Both the position numbers and the translations under genes were made by a program. A stretch of DNA of 64,000 bases from the NCBI RefSeq assembly GCF_057098645.1, contig NZ_CM169472.1; one strand, 5' to 3'. The notes below the pieces were generated by a model that searched no databases, was not told where the DNA came from, and saw only the letters and a list, made by a program, of their open reading frames with translations. Of this stretch, positions 8,620 to 20,177 are shown piece by piece; position 1 is the stretch's first letter, and each line of letters begins with the position of its first letter.

Positions 8620-9331
8620 GCGCCTGCACCAGCCTTTCAAACAGGCGGTCTGCGATGATCGCCGCCAGTGCCACCAGTAACGCCCCCTGGATCACATACG
8701 CGGTATTAAATCCGCTAAGCCCGATGATGATGGGCGTACCCAGCGTGCTGGCCCCTACCGTTGAGGCGATCGTCGCCGTACCAATGTTGATAATCACCGA
8801 AGTTCGCACGCCCGCCAGAATCACCGGAGCCGCCAGCGGTAGCTCGACCTTACGCAGTCGCTGACCACGACTCATTCCCATACCTTTCGCAACTTCTGTC
8901 ACGCTGGCATCAATCGCTCCCAGCCCGGCAAGTGTCGCCTGCAGGACGGGCAGCACACCGTAAAGGATCAAGGCGATAATCGCTGGTTGCAGACCAAAGC
9001 CGATCACCGGAACGGCGATCGCCAGCACTGCGACGGGCGGAAAAGTCTGTCCAACGGCGGCAATAGTTTCCACCAGTGGGCGAAATTCCGCGCCCCACGG
9101 GCGAGTGACAGCAATTCCGGCACCAGTGCCAATGATCACCGCAAACAAACTCGAAATTCCCACCAGCCAGAAATGAGCCAGTGCCAGAGCTGCAAAACTT
9201 TCTTGCTGATAAACGGGTCGTGGCAGTTGTGGGAACAAGGCAGCAAACAGCGGCTGGCTGTAAGGCAGCCAGAAAATCAGCGCCACAAACAGAGCAATGA
9301 GCCAGAACAGCGGATCGCGCAACATCTTCAT
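8600..9331 (-). CDS. yehW: Glycine betaine/osmoprotectant ABC transporter permease
   Basis: 243-aa polytopic membrane protein, first (promoter-distal) gene of the yehZYXW cluster. Confidence 0.85.
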
Positions 9332-9335
9332 ACGC

Positions 9336-10262
9336 TTACGCCTCCACCAGCAGATCCTGAAAATGCAGCGTGCCGCAAGGCTGGCCCTGCATGTTCACCA
9401 CCGGCAGCACCTCGCATCCCCGCGCAACAAACAGAGAGAGCGCATCGCGTAGCGTCATCTCTTCTGCCAGTGCCTCACCATCTGCTCGTTCTTCGCGACG
9501 CACGTAATCCGCCACACTACGTAACGAAAGCAGGCGCACACCCAGTTCACTACGTCCAAAAAACTGGCGGACAAAATCATTCGCCGGACGAGTCAGCATC
9601 GTCAGCGGATTGCCCTGCTGCACTACTTCACCGTGATCCATCAATACCAGATGTTCTGCCATCCGTAGCGCCTCATCAATATCATGAGTGACCAGCACAA
9701 TGGTACGCCCCAGCAAACGGTGAATGCGCGTCATCTCTTGTTGCAACGCGCCGCGCGTTACCGGGTCCAGTGCGCCAAAAGGTTCATCCATTAGTAAGAC
9801 TTGCGGATCGGCAGCCAGTGCACGCGCCACTCCCACACGTTGCTGCTGACCACCGGAAAGCTGATGCGGATAACGCTCACGCAAATTTGACTCCAGCCCC
9901 AGTAGCGCCATTAATTCGTCGATACGATCGTCAATCCGCGCCCGCGACCATTTTTGTAATTGCGGCACGGTAGCGATGTTTTGCGCCACGCTCCAGTGGG
10001 GGAACAGGCCAATAGATTGAATGGCATAGCCCATCCGGCGGCGCAACTCCAGTACTGGCAGCGAGCGAATTTCTTCTCCGGCAAAGCGGATCTCTCCGCT
10101 GTCATGCTCCACCAGGCGGTTAATCATTTTCAGGGTGGTGGATTTGCCGGAGCCAGATGTGCCAATCAGCACCGAAAAACTCCCTTCCTGAAAATTGAGA
10201 TTGAGATCGTTAACGGCTTTTTGTGCGCCGAACAGTTTGCTGACATGGCTAAATTCAATCAT
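9336..10262 (-). CDS. yehX: Osmoprotectant ABC transporter ATP-binding protein
   Basis: Walker [10 protein letters not shown] and ABC signature LSGGQQQRV in the translation. Confidence 0.88.
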
Positions 10263-11412
10263 TACGTTTCACCTTCAGCAGTGCGATAAGCAAATCGAAC
10301 AGCGCGTCGGTAAGCACCGCCAGAACAATTACCGGGATCACCCCCAGCAACACTAAATCAATGGCGCTGCTTAGCAGCCCCTGGAAAACCAGCGCACCAA
10401 AACCGCCTGCGCCGATTAACGCCGCAATCACCGCCATACCTACAGTTTGCACCATCACCACCCGCAGGCTGCGCAGAAATACCGGTAACGCCAGCGGTAA
10501 CTGAACATGCAGGAAACGCTGCGCCCCGCTCATCCCCATCGCTCTGGCGCTTTCCAGCACATCGCGCGGGATCTGGTTCAAACCGACTACCACGCCGCGC
10601 ACCAGCGGCAGCAAGGCATAGAGCACCAGCGCAATCAGTGCGGGTGTCATTCCGGTTCCTGCTATGCCGAGCGTCCCCAGCCACGGAAAGGCCGTAACCA
10701 GCGCGGCAAGCGGCGCAATCAACAGGCCAAAGAGCGCCACCGAAGGCACGGTCTGAATCACATTGAGCAGAGAAAAAATTGCCCCCTGCCGAGCAGTGGA
10801 AAAGTAGCACCAGATGCCCAACGGCACACCAATCACTAACGCAGGCAGCACCGCACCAAACAGCAACGTCAGATGTTGTGCCAGCGCGTCGTCAAACACA
10901 TCCTGACGGTTGGCGTATTCTTTCATTAGTGAGAGATCGTTAAGCGTGCCGGAGTACAGCAACCACAGCGGAATAATGGCAATCTGCATATGCAACAACC
11001 AGCGCCACAGCGGATGCGTGGAGATTCGGCGGATGGCATCGCTACAGGCCAGCAATGCCAGCGCCGCAGCCAGCCAGAAACCACTGCCGAGGCTGGTACG
11101 CGCCAGCGCACTGCCATTTTGCGCCAGTTGGGTCGCCGCCTTTCCAGCTCCCCACACCAGCAATACGAAGACGAATTGCGCCAGAATGAGTGCACAAATG
11201 CTGCCTTTTTTACCGGGAATAAAACAGGCCGTCAGCCAGGCGCAACCAACGCCCACCAGCATCCAGATCGTTTGCGGCCACAGCTGCCAGAGATGACGCC
11301 CCTCACCCGAAACTAAACGATTAGGCGCGTAACTGATAAACGGCAGCGCCGCTGCGATTGCCGTCAGCAACAGCAGCAGCGCCAGAACAGGATTAATACG
11401 GAAATAAGTCAC
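10255..11412 (-). CDS. yehY: Osmoprotectant ABC transporter permease
   Basis: 385-aa polytopic membrane protein between the ATPase and the binding protein. Confidence 0.85.
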
Positions 11413-11418
11413 GGGAAA

Positions 11419-12336
11419 TTACTTCGTCCACCCTTTTTGTTTCAGGTAGTCGGCAGCCACTTTTTTGGCATCCAGTCCTTCCACAGCAATGCTGGCATTC
11501 AGTTGCTGCAATGTTTTTGCATCGAGGCTGGCGAAGACTGGCTGTAGCCACTGTGCCATTTGCGGATACTCCCTCAACACCGACTCACGCACCACTGGTG
11601 CAGGCGCGTAGATAGGTTGCACACCTTGCGGATCGCTTAAGGTTTGCAGCCCCAGCGCCGCTACCGGGCCGTCAGTGCCGTAAGCCATTGCAGCATTAAC
11701 GCCAGAGGTTTGCTGGGCAGCGGCTTTGATCGTCACCGCCGTGTCGCCACCAGCCAGTGACAGCAACTGATCCTGACCGAGCTTAAAGCCATAGGCTTTT
11801 TCAAACGCGGGTAACGCATCGGCGCGTTCGATAAACTCTGCCGAGGCTGCCAGTTTGAAGGTGCCGCCCTCTTGCAGATAACGACTCAGGTCGGCAAGCG
11901 AAGTGAGTTTATTTTTCTCTGCCACATCCTGACGCACGGCGATAGTCCAGGTGTTATTTGCAGGCGCGGGCGTCAGCCAGATTAACTTGTTGTGCTCCGA
12001 ATCGAGCTTTTTGACTTTCTCGTAACCTTGCTGCGCGTTTTTCCACGCTGCATCGTTTTCATCTTTAAAGAAGAAAGCGCCATTGCCGGTATATTCCGGA
12101 TAGATATCCAGTTCACCGGAAGTAATCGCCCCGCGCACCACAGGAGTCGTTCCGAGTTGCACTTTATTCACCGTCGGTACGCCGTGGCTTTCCAGCACCT
12201 GCAAAATGATATTGCCGAGTAGCGCACCTTCGGTATCGATTTTTGAACCGACTTTAACGGGGGAAGCCGCCTGTAGCGGCAGGCTCACGGCTGCCAACAT
12301 AACCAGTGAACCTGCCCAGAGCTTTAAGAGTGGCAT
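11419..12336 (-). CDS. osmF: Osmoprotectant (glycine betaine) periplasmic binding protein
   Basis: 305 aa with N-terminal signal peptide. Operon position ahead of yehYXW. Confidence 0.85.
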   Translation of the reverse strand: MPLLKLWAGSLVMLAAVSLPLQAASPVKVGSKIDTEGALLGNIILQVLESHGVPTVNKVQLGTTPVVRGAITSGELDIYPEYTGNGAFFFKDENDAAWKNAQQGYEKVKKLDSEHNKLIWLTPAPANNTWTIAVRQDVAEKNKLTSLADLSRYLQEGGTFKLAASAEFIERADALPAFEKAYGFKLGQDQLLSLAGGDTAVTIKAAAQQTSGVNAAMAYGTDGPVAALGLQTLSDPQGVQPIYAPAPVVRESVLREYPQMAQWLQPVFASLDAKTLQQLNASIAVEGLDAKKVAADYLKQKGWTK

Positions 12337-12465
12337 GATGCTTTCCTCATTCTTTTACTGTTGTTTTCAGCGAATTAAGAGAAAAGCATAGTTGATAATG
12401 GCGGGGTTAGCTTGAGCGGAAGGATTCAGTTGCAGAATCAGATAAATACTTAAGAGGCATATTCG

Positions 12466-12538
12466 GTCCGGCGTTTCCTGCCGGATGCGGCGCGAGCGCC
12501 TTATCCGGCCTACAAAGGGCGCAAACGTCGCGCCCTTA
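12466..12538. repeat. REP (repetitive extragenic palindrome) element
   Basis: gcctgccggatgcggcgcgagcgccttatccggcctacaa followed by a gggcgc...gcgccc palindrome in the osmF-bglX intergenic region. Confidence 0.7.
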
Positions 12539-12546
12539 CTAAAGCA

Positions 12547-14844
12547 TTACAGCAACTCAAACTCGCCTTTCTTAACGCGTGCGGAATCAGTGCCGATAAA
12601 GACATTGAACTTGCCAGGCTCGGCGTCATATTTCATCTGTTGATTCCAGAACTTCAGCGCCTCAATATCGATCGGGAAGCTGACAGTCTGAGTTTCGCCC
12701 GGTTTCAGGGTGATTTTCTCAAAGCCTTTCAGCTGTTTCACAGGGCGACTCATGGAAGCCGTCACATCCTGCAAGTACATCTGCACTACCGTGGCACCCT
12801 CGCGCTTACCGGTGTTCGTCACCTGCACGCTGGCAGTCACTTTGCCGTCACGCTTCATGGTCGGCGCAGAAAGTTTCACATCAGAGACGGTGAAAGTGGT
12901 GTAGCTCAGCCCATAGCCGAACGGATACAACGCCCCGTTAGCTTCATCAAAATAACGCGAAGTGTATTTGTTCGGCTTGTCGGCATTATACGGGCGACCG
13001 GTATTCAGATGGCTGTAGTACACCGGGATCTGCCCGACAGAACGCGGGAAGGACATTGGCAGCTTGCCGGACGGGTTGTAATCGCCAAACAATACATCGG
13101 CAATTGCATTACCGCCTTCAGTCCCCGCAAACCAGGTTTCCAGAATCGCATCAGCCTGCTGATCTTCTTTCACCAGCGCCAGCGGACGCCCGTTCATCAG
13201 CACCAGCACCAGCGGTTTACCGGTGGCTTTCAGCGCCGCAATCAAGTCACGTTGGCTTTGCGGAATAGTGATATCGGTCCGGCTGGAGGCTTCGTGCGCC
13301 ATCCCCTGTGCTTCACCGACTACAGCCACCACCACATCAGATTGTTTCGCCGTCTGCACCGCTTCATCAATCATCTCTTGCGGCGAACGCGGATCGACTT
13401 TGACCGCTTCTTCATACTGATTCAGGAAATCGATAATGCCTTTGTCACTGGTAACGTTCGCCCCTTTGGCATACAGCACTTTACCGTTTTCACCGACGGC
13501 ATTTTTAATCCCGGTCAGTACGGTCACGGATTGATCGGCAACACCGGCTGCGGACCAGCTGCCCATCACGTCACGTTTACTGTCCGCCAGTGGCCCAACC
13601 ACCGCAATGGTGGCCGATTTTTTCAGCGGTAACGTTTCGAGACGGTTTTTCAGCAACACCAAGCTTTCGCGCGCCACTTCACGCGCTTCTTTACGGTGCA
13701 GGCGGCTTTCGGCATTGGTATCCACCGGGTCAGACTCTTTCGGCCCCAAATGGCTGTATGGGTCGTTAAACAACCCCATATCATATTTAACGTTCAGTAC
13801 ATGGCGGGCAGCATCGTCCAGCTCTGCCATCGTCACTTTGCCGGATTTAATCAACCCAGGCAGATACTTCGAGTAGTACTCGTCGCTCATGCTCATGTTG
13901 ATTCCGGATTTCAGCGCCACGCGCACCGCATCTTCCGGGTCTGCCGCCGTGCCATGTTTAATCAGCTCTTTGATTGCACCGTGATCGGAAACGGTGATGC
14001 CTTTAAAGCCCCACTGGTCGCGCAGAACATCTTTCAGCAGCCAGGAATCGGAGGTGGCTGGCGTGCCGTTCAGCGAGTTCAGCGCCACCATCACCGCGCC
14101 GCTGCCTGCGTCCAGCCCCGCTTTGTACGGCGGCATATAATCATTAAACAGGCGCTGCGGACTCATATCGACGGTGTTGTACTCTTTACCGCCTTCTACC
14201 GCGCCGTATGCGGCAAAGTGTTTGACGCTGGTCATCACCGAGTAGCGATCTGCCGGGCTTTTACCCTGCATCGCTTCCACCATGGTTTTACCCATTGTTG
14301 AGGTGAGATACGTATCTTCGCCAAAACCTTCGGAAGCACGTCCCCAGCGCGGATCGCGCGAGACATCGACCATCGGTGCCCAGGTCATATTCAGGCCATC
14401 ATCTGCCGCTTCATAAGCAGAGACACGTCCGACCGTTTTCACTGCATCGAGGTTAAAAGACGAGGCCAGACCGAGGCTAATCGGGAACACCGTGCGCTGA
14501 CCGTGCAGCACGTCGTAAGCAAAGAAAAGAGGAATTTTCAGGCGGCTTAATTCCATCACCTGATCCTGCATGGCGCGGATATCCTGACGGGTTACGGTGT
14601 TGAAAATCGCCCCAACCTGACCGTCTTTGATCATCTCGCGGATCGCCTCTTTCGGGTTATCCGGGCCGACGCTGATTAAGCGCAGCTGACCAATTTTCTC
14701 ATCAACTGTCATTTTCTTAAGCAGTTCGGTGACGAACGCATCCCGCGCTTCGGGCGTTAATGGATGGTTGCCGAATAAATCATCCGCCAGTGCTGGCTGC
14801 AGGGCCAGACTCACCGCGATTCCTACTGAACATAGCCATTTCAT
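12547..14844 (-). CDS. bglX: Periplasmic beta-glucosidase (GH3 family)
   Basis: Start set at the internal ATG giving MKWLCSVGIAVSLALQPALA signal peptide (765 aa), preceded by AGGAAG. GH3 domain architecture recognised. Confidence 0.9.
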   Translation of the reverse strand: MKWLCSVGIAVSLALQPALADDLFGNHPLTPEARDAFVTELLKKMTVDEKIGQLRLISVGPDNPKEAIREMIKDGQVGAIFNTVTRQDIRAMQDQVMELSRLKIPLFFAYDVLHGQRTVFPISLGLASSFNLDAVKTVGRVSAYEAADDGLNMTWAPMVDVSRDPRWGRASEGFGEDTYLTSTMGKTMVEAMQGKSPADRYSVMTSVKHFAAYGAVEGGKEYNTVDMSPQRLFNDYMPPYKAGLDAGSGAVMVALNSLNGTPATSDSWLLKDVLRDQWGFKGITVSDHGAIKELIKHGTAADPEDAVRVALKSGINMSMSDEYYSKYLPGLIKSGKVTMAELDDAARHVLNVKYDMGLFNDPYSHLGPKESDPVDTNAESRLHRKEAREVARESLVLLKNRLETLPLKKSATIAVVGPLADSKRDVMGSWSAAGVADQSVTVLTGIKNAVGENGKVLYAKGANVTSDKGIIDFLNQYEEAVKVDPRSPQEMIDEAVQTAKQSDVVVAVVGEAQGMAHEASSRTDITIPQSQRDLIAALKATGKPLVLVLMNGRPLALVKEDQQADAILETWFAGTEGGNAIADVLFGDYNPSGKLPMSFPRSVGQIPVYYSHLNTGRPYNADKPNKYTSRYFDEANGALYPFGYGLSYTTFTVSDVKLSAPTMKRDGKVTASVQVTNTGKREGATVVQMYLQDVTASMSRPVKQLKGFEKITLKPGETQTVSFPIDIEALKFWNQQMKYDAEPGKFNVFIGTDSARVKKGEFELL

Positions 14845-15039
14845 ATGGATTTTTCTTCCTTTGTTGCCCGACGTGGCAGCGAAAATGGTGCAAAAACCGT
14901 AGTTTGCCATAAGCATGATGGAGAGAGAAAAAGAATGCTCAGTTTATTGTCTGAATTTTCAAAATATTCACTCGCTGAATTGTTATACAAGGCGCTATTC
15001 TAGTTTGTGATATTTTTTCGCCACCACAAGGAGTGGAAA

Positions 15040-16755
15040 ATGTCTTCCATGACAACAACTGATAATAAAGCCTTTTTGAATGAACTTGCTCGTCTGGTGG
15101 GTTCTTCACACCTGCTCACCGATCCCGCAAAAACGGCCCGCTATCGCAAGGGCTTCCGTTCTGGTCAGGGCGACGCGCTGGCTGTCGTTTTCCCTGGCTC
15201 ACTACTAGAATTGTGGCGGGTGCTGAAAGCCTGCGTCACCGCCGACAAAATTATTCTGATGCAGGCCGCCAATACAGGCCTGACCGAAGGATCGACGCCA
15301 AACGGTAACGATTATGATCGCGATGTCGTTATCATCAGCACCCTGCGTCTCGACAAGCTGCACGTTCTTGGCAAGGGCGAACAGGTGCTGGCCTATCCGG
15401 GCACCACGCTCTATTCGCTGGAAAAAGCCCTCAAACCGCTGGGACGCGAACCGCACTCAGTGATTGGATCATCGTGTATAGGCGCATCGGTCATCGGCGG
15501 TATTTGTAACAACTCCGGCGGCTCGCTGGTGCAACGTGGCCCGGCGTATACCGAAATGTCGTTATTCGCGCGTATAAATGAAGACGGCAAACTGACGCTG
15601 GTGAACCATCTGGGGATTGATCTGGGCGAAACGCCGGAGCAGATCCTTAGCAAGCTGGATGATGATCGCATCAAAGATGACGATGTGCGTCACGATGGTC
15701 GTCACGCCCACGATTATGACTATGTCCACCGCGTTCGTGATATTGAAGCCGACACGCCCGCACGTTATAACGCCGATCCTGATCGGTTATTTGAATCTTC
15801 TGGTTGCGCCGGGAAGCTGGCGGTCTTTGCAGTACGTCTTGATACCTTCGAAGCGGAAAAAAATCAGCAGGTGTTTTATATCGGCACCAACCAGCCGGAA
15901 GTGCTGACCGAAATCCGCCGTCATATTCTGGCTAACTTCGAAAATCTGCCGGTTGCCGGGGAATATATGCACCGGGATATCTACGATATTGCGGAAAAAT
16001 ACGGCAAAGACACCTTCCTGATGATTGATAAGTTAGGCACCGACAAGATGCCGTTCTTCTTTAATCTCAAGGGACGCACCGATGCGATGCTGGAGAAAGT
16101 GAAATTCTTCCGTCCGCATTTTACTGACCGTGCGATGCAAAAATTCGGTCACCTGTTCCCCAGCCATTTACCGCCGCGCATGAAAAACTGGCGCGATAAA
16201 TACGAGCATCATCTGCTGTTAAAAATGGCGGGCGATGGCGTGGGCGAAGCCAAATCGTGGCTGGTGGATTATTTCAAACAGGCCGAAGGCGATTTCTTTG
16301 TCTGTACGCCGGAGGAAGGCAGCAAAGCGTTTTTACACCGTTTCGCCGCTGCGGGCGCAGCAATTCGTTATCAGGCGGTGCATTCCGATGAAGTCGAAGA
16401 CATTCTGGCGTTGGATATCGCTCTGCGGCGTAACGACACCGAGTGGTATGAGCATTTACCGCCGGAGATCGACAGCCAGCTGGTGCACAAGCTCTATTAC
16501 GGCCATTTTATGTGCTATGTCTTCCATCAGGATTACATAGTGAAAAAAGGCGTGGATGTGCATGCGTTAAAAGAACAGATGCTGGAACTGCTACAGCAGC
16601 GCGGCGCGCAGTACCCTGCCGAGCATAACGTCGGTCATTTGTATAAAGCACCGGAGACGTTGCAGAAGTTCTATCGCGAGAACGATCCGACCAACAGCAT
16701 GAATCCGGGGATCGGTAAAACCAGTAAACGGAAAAACTGGCAGGAAGTGGAGTAA
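15040..16755 (+). CDS. dld: FAD-dependent D-lactate dehydrogenase (membrane-associated)
   Basis: Start at ATG 15040 after AAGGAGTGG (the ORF-track start is an upstream GTG). 571-aa translation MSSMTTTDNKAFLNELARLVG... recognised as Dld. Confidence 0.9.
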   Translation: MSSMTTTDNKAFLNELARLVGSSHLLTDPAKTARYRKGFRSGQGDALAVVFPGSLLELWRVLKACVTADKIILMQAANTGLTEGSTPNGNDYDRDVVIISTLRLDKLHVLGKGEQVLAYPGTTLYSLEKALKPLGREPHSVIGSSCIGASVIGGICNNSGGSLVQRGPAYTEMSLFARINEDGKLTLVNHLGIDLGETPEQILSKLDDDRIKDDDVRHDGRHAHDYDYVHRVRDIEADTPARYNADPDRLFESSGCAGKLAVFAVRLDTFEAEKNQQVFYIGTNQPEVLTEIRRHILANFENLPVAGEYMHRDIYDIAEKYGKDTFLMIDKLGTDKMPFFFNLKGRTDAMLEKVKFFRPHFTDRAMQKFGHLFPSHLPPRMKNWRDKYEHHLLLKMAGDGVGEAKSWLVDYFKQAEGDFFVCTPEEGSKAFLHRFAAAGAAIRYQAVHSDEVEDILALDIALRRNDTEWYEHLPPEIDSQLVHKLYYGHFMCYVFHQDYIVKKGVDVHALKEQMLELLQQRGAQYPAEHNVGHLYKAPETLQKFYRENDPTNSMNPGIGKTSKRKNWQEVE

Positions 16756-16785
16756 AAATTACGGATGGCAGAGTATCGCCATCCG
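16754..16785 (-). terminator. Hairpin terminator between convergent dld and pbpG
   Basis: Perfect stem cggatggc/gccatccg (16762..16785) with an A-run on the + strand, which is a T-run for the minus-strand pbpG transcript. Confidence 0.5.
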
Positions 16786-16792
16786 AATTCAC

Positions 16793-17725
16793 TTAATCGT
16801 TCTGTGCCGTCTGCCCCGCCGCCGCCATTTGGGCGGCTTTTTGTTTTTTATAGCTCAACGCTGCTGCCGGCACAGGCATCACTTTACCGGTTTCAATCCA
16901 GGTACGCAGGCGGCTGGCATCGGCAAAATGGGTATATTTGCCAAACGCGTCCATCACTACCAGCGCCACCGGTTTATTATTGATAACCGTACGCATCACC
17001 AGACAATGGCCCGCCGCATTGGTAAAGCCGGTTTTGGTTAACTGAATATTCCAGTTATCGCGATACACCAGATGATTAGTATTGCGGAACGGCAGCGTAT
17101 ACGTCGGATTAGAGAAGGTTGCCATATCTTCCCGGGTAGTACTTAACTGCCCGATCAACGGATATTGTTTGCTGGCAATGAGCAGTTTGGTTAAGTCACG
17201 GGCAGTTGAAACGTTATGCACCGACAATCCGGTAGGTTCAACAAAGCGCGTGTTGTTCATTCCGAGCGATTTCGCTTTCGCATTCATTGCCTTAATAAAG
17301 GCTTTGTAACCACCGGGATAATGGTGCGCAAGGCTTGCCGCCGCGCGGTTTTCTGAAGACATCAGCGCCAGCAACAGCATATCTTTACGGCTGATTTCGC
17401 TATTCAGTCGTACGCGCGAATAGACCCCTTTCATCTCCGGCGTCTGGCTGATATCCACTTTTAGTTTTTCATCCAGCGGCAGTCGTGCATCCAGCACAAC
17501 CATCGCGGTCATTAATTTGCTGATAGACGCAATCGGACGCACCAGATCCGGGTGGTTCGAATAGATCACTTTGTTGGTATTCAGATCAACAATCATCGCG
17601 CTACCGGAGGCAATTTCCGGTTGTGAAGCGGTGGTAGCGGCTGCCGTTTTCGCAACGGCCTGCGGTGCAAAAGGCACAGCCAGCATCAGGGCCAGGCTAA
17701 ATAAAGAAACTCGAAATTTCGGCAT
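16793..17725 (-). CDS. pbpG: D-alanyl-D-alanine endopeptidase (PBP7)
   Basis: Signal peptide [25 protein letters not shown] and SxxK active-site motif (SISKLMT). Confidence 0.9.
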
Positions 17726-17898
17726 GATGAGCATTCAGATAGTGGTTCACGCGCACGGGTTGCGCACCGCCGGAGTAAGGATTTACTGAGGCTAGCGACG
17801 CCATCATAACGAGCAAAAAGTGCGATCGTCAAAGGAGAATCGTGAGGAAATGCTGCATTGCTGACATTTACGCCAGCAATGCAACGTCAAAGAACTTT

Positions 17899-18486
17899 CT
17901 AGAACAAACGATAACCGTAGCCCCATAGTATAACGGTTAGGGCGAGCAGCACTTCCAGTACCAGCACGCCAATCGCCAGCGTCGAACTAGAGAAGCTAAG
18001 GCCTTCCTCTTTGTTGATATTCAGGAAGCTCGGAATACCAAGGTAAAGCAGGTAGCCGGTGTAAAACAGCGCCACCGTGCCGACCAGCGCACACAACCAG
18101 ACCAGTGGATAAAGCGCCACCAGACCGCTTAAAAACAGCGGAGTTGCAACGTAGCCCGCGAAGACCATGCAGTGCGCAAGTGACGGACGCTGCGGATAAT
18201 TACGCGCCATCCACCAGATGACCCGCCCCATCACCGCGACCCCAGCCAGCATAACGCCGTAAAACAAGACAGCCAGCGCCAGTCCGGTAAACCAGGATAA
18301 CTTCAGGATAGTGCCATCGCCAAAATTCCAGCCAATCTGTGTAGTGCCAATGAAGGCGCAAATCACCGGAATCGCCGCCATCAGCAAAACGTGGTGGGTG
18401 TAATGGTGAGAAATCGTTTCGTTTTCGCGATTAATCACCTGCATTTCACGATCGGGATGGGAAAACAGTCCCCAGACATGGCTCAT
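17899..18486 (-). CDS. yohC: Yip1-family inner membrane protein
   Basis: Polytopic membrane protein. Start set at internal ATG (MSHVWGLFSHP...), 195 aa. Confidence 0.8.
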   Translation of the reverse strand: MSHVWGLFSHPDREMQVINRENETISHHYTHHVLLMAAIPVICAFIGTTQIGWNFGDGTILKLSWFTGLALAVLFYGVMLAGVAVMGRVIWWMARNYPQRPSLAHCMVFAGYVATPLFLSGLVALYPLVWLCALVGTVALFYTGYLLYLGIPSFLNINKEEGLSFSSSTLAIGVLVLEVLLALTVILWGYGYRLF

Positions 18487-18655
18487 ACCGCCCCCTTGTT
18501 GTGAGTTCATGAACCTGACAGTTCAAGTATAAGTCAGCTTGTGATTATTTTTTGTTCGCCCATGTAATTTTCACTGTCTGATGAACGTCCTTTTTCAGCG
18601 TGAATGATTCACAGGGTGTATGCTTACTGGCAACCAAAGGGAGACAGACTGGCCT

Positions 18656-19234
18656 ATGGATCTCAATACACTTATCTCACAATATGGTTATGCCGCGCTG
18701 GTGATCGGTAGCCTGGCGGAAGGTGAAACCGTGACTTTGCTGGGAGGCGTTGCGGCGCATCAGGGGCTATTAAAGTTCCCGCTGGTGGTACTTTCTGTGG
18801 CGCTTGGCGGCATGATTGGCGACCAGGTGCTCTATCTGTGCGGGCGGCGGTTTGGCGGCAAGCTGTTACGCCGTTTCTCGAAACATCAGGATAAAATTGA
18901 GCGGGCGCAGAAACTTATCCAACGCCATCCGTATCTGTTTGTCATTGGTACGCGCTTTATGTATGGCTTTCGGGTGATTGGCCCGACGCTGATTGGTGCC
19001 AGCCAGCTGCCGCCGAAAATCTTTCTGCCGCTGAATATTCTCGGCGCATTTGCCTGGGCGTTGATTTTTACCACTATTGGTTACGCTGGTGGTCAGGTGA
19101 TTGCGCCGTGGTTGCACAATCTCGACCAGCATTTGAAGCACTGGGTCTGGTTGATTCTGGTCGTGGTTCTGGTGGTGGGCGTGCGCTGGTGGCTGAAACG
19201 ACGCGGGAAGAAAAAGCCGGATCATCAGGCGTAA
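18656..19234 (+). CDS. yohD: DedA-family inner membrane protein
   Basis: Start set at internal ATG (MDLNTLISQYGYAALVIGSLAEGE...), 192 aa, DedA-like. Confidence 0.8.
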   Translation: MDLNTLISQYGYAALVIGSLAEGETVTLLGGVAAHQGLLKFPLVVLSVALGGMIGDQVLYLCGRRFGGKLLRRFSKHQDKIERAQKLIQRHPYLFVIGTRFMYGFRVIGPTLIGASQLPPKIFLPLNILGAFAWALIFTTIGYAGGQVIAPWLHNLDQHLKHWVWLILVVVLVVGVRWWLKRRGKKKPDHQA

Positions 19235-19363
19235 AACCATTGCCCTGGATAAGGCGTTCGCGCCGCATCCGACATCCGGAGTACCATGCCTGATACGACG
19301 CTTGTGCGTCTTTTCATGCCGACCAAAATATTACCCAATGAAATATCCACGCACCTCACTGCG

Positions 19364-20125
19364 CTATTCTGGGTTGAACTGTGGATTCGCCAACATAAAG
19401 CCGCCATCCACTATCAACGACTGCCCGGTGGTGTAATTTGCGCCCTCCGAACAAAGCCACACCACCAGGCTGGCAATCTCATGCGTTGCGCCAAAACGCC
19501 GCAAGGGAATCGAAGGCTCCGCGTCGGGCTTCACGTCGCTGTCATCCATGCCATTCATTGGCGTGGCGATCGCCCCAGGCGCGACTGCGTTCACCAAAAT
19601 CTTATGCCTGACCAGCTCCAGCGCCATCGCTTTGGTTAACCCACCGAGCGCATGTTTAGCGGCTGTGTAGGCGCTGGCATCCGGCAGCGGCGTATGTTCA
19701 TGTACCGACGTAATGTTGATGATGCGACCGCCCTGCCCTTGTTTCACCATCTGACGAGCCGCAATTTGCGAGCATAAGAATGCACCATCGACATCAACGG
19801 TAAAAATCTTGCGCCACTCATCAAAAGCCATATCAAGAAACGGCGCTTTGGTCATTGCACCCGCATTATTCACCAGCACATCAATGCGCCCCAGCCGTTG
19901 AATGAGTTTCTCCAGCGCCAGTGCCCCTTCTGGTAGATTGCCGAGATCCAGCTGCACGATCTCCGCACGTACGCCGTGGCTAACTACCTCACGCGCGGTA
20001 TCTTTTGCCCCTTCTTCATCTGAGTGCCAGGTAATACCAATATCAAACCCCTGCTGCGCCAGTAATAACGCGCACTCTTTGCCGATCCCCGAATCGGAGG
20101 CGGTAATAATCGCAACCTGTGCCAT
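19364..20125 (-). CDS. yohF: Short-chain dehydrogenase/reductase (SDR)
   Basis: N-terminal Rossmann motif TASDSGIGKE. 253 aa from internal ATG. Confidence 0.85.
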   Translation of the reverse strand: MAQVAIITASDSGIGKECALLLAQQGFDIGITWHSDEEGAKDTAREVVSHGVRAEIVQLDLGNLPEGALALEKLIQRLGRIDVLVNNAGAMTKAPFLDMAFDEWRKIFTVDVDGAFLCSQIAARQMVKQGQGGRIINITSVHEHTPLPDASAYTAAKHALGGLTKAMALELVRHKILVNAVAPGAIATPMNGMDDSDVKPDAEPSIPLRRFGATHEIASLVVWLCSEGANYTTGQSLIVDGGFMLANPQFNPE

Positions 20126-20177
20126 CGAGTTCTCCACTTAACGCTGAATAAACGTTAAGTATAGAAGGCGCATATCA

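Noticed and set aside
8987-9691. 234-aa ORF on the + strand
   Set aside because: Antisense across yehW and yehX. Pro/Ser/His-rich with no recognisable fold signals.
12640-13632. 330-aa ORF on the + strand
   Set aside because: Lies entirely antisense within bglX, whose GH3 translation is well supported. Arg/His-rich composition is typical of spurious antisense frames.
12547-14916. 789-aa extended bglX frame
   Set aside because: The 24-codon N-terminal extension precedes the signal peptide and lacks an RBS. The internal ATG at 14844 has AGGAAG upstream and gives a canonical signal sequence.
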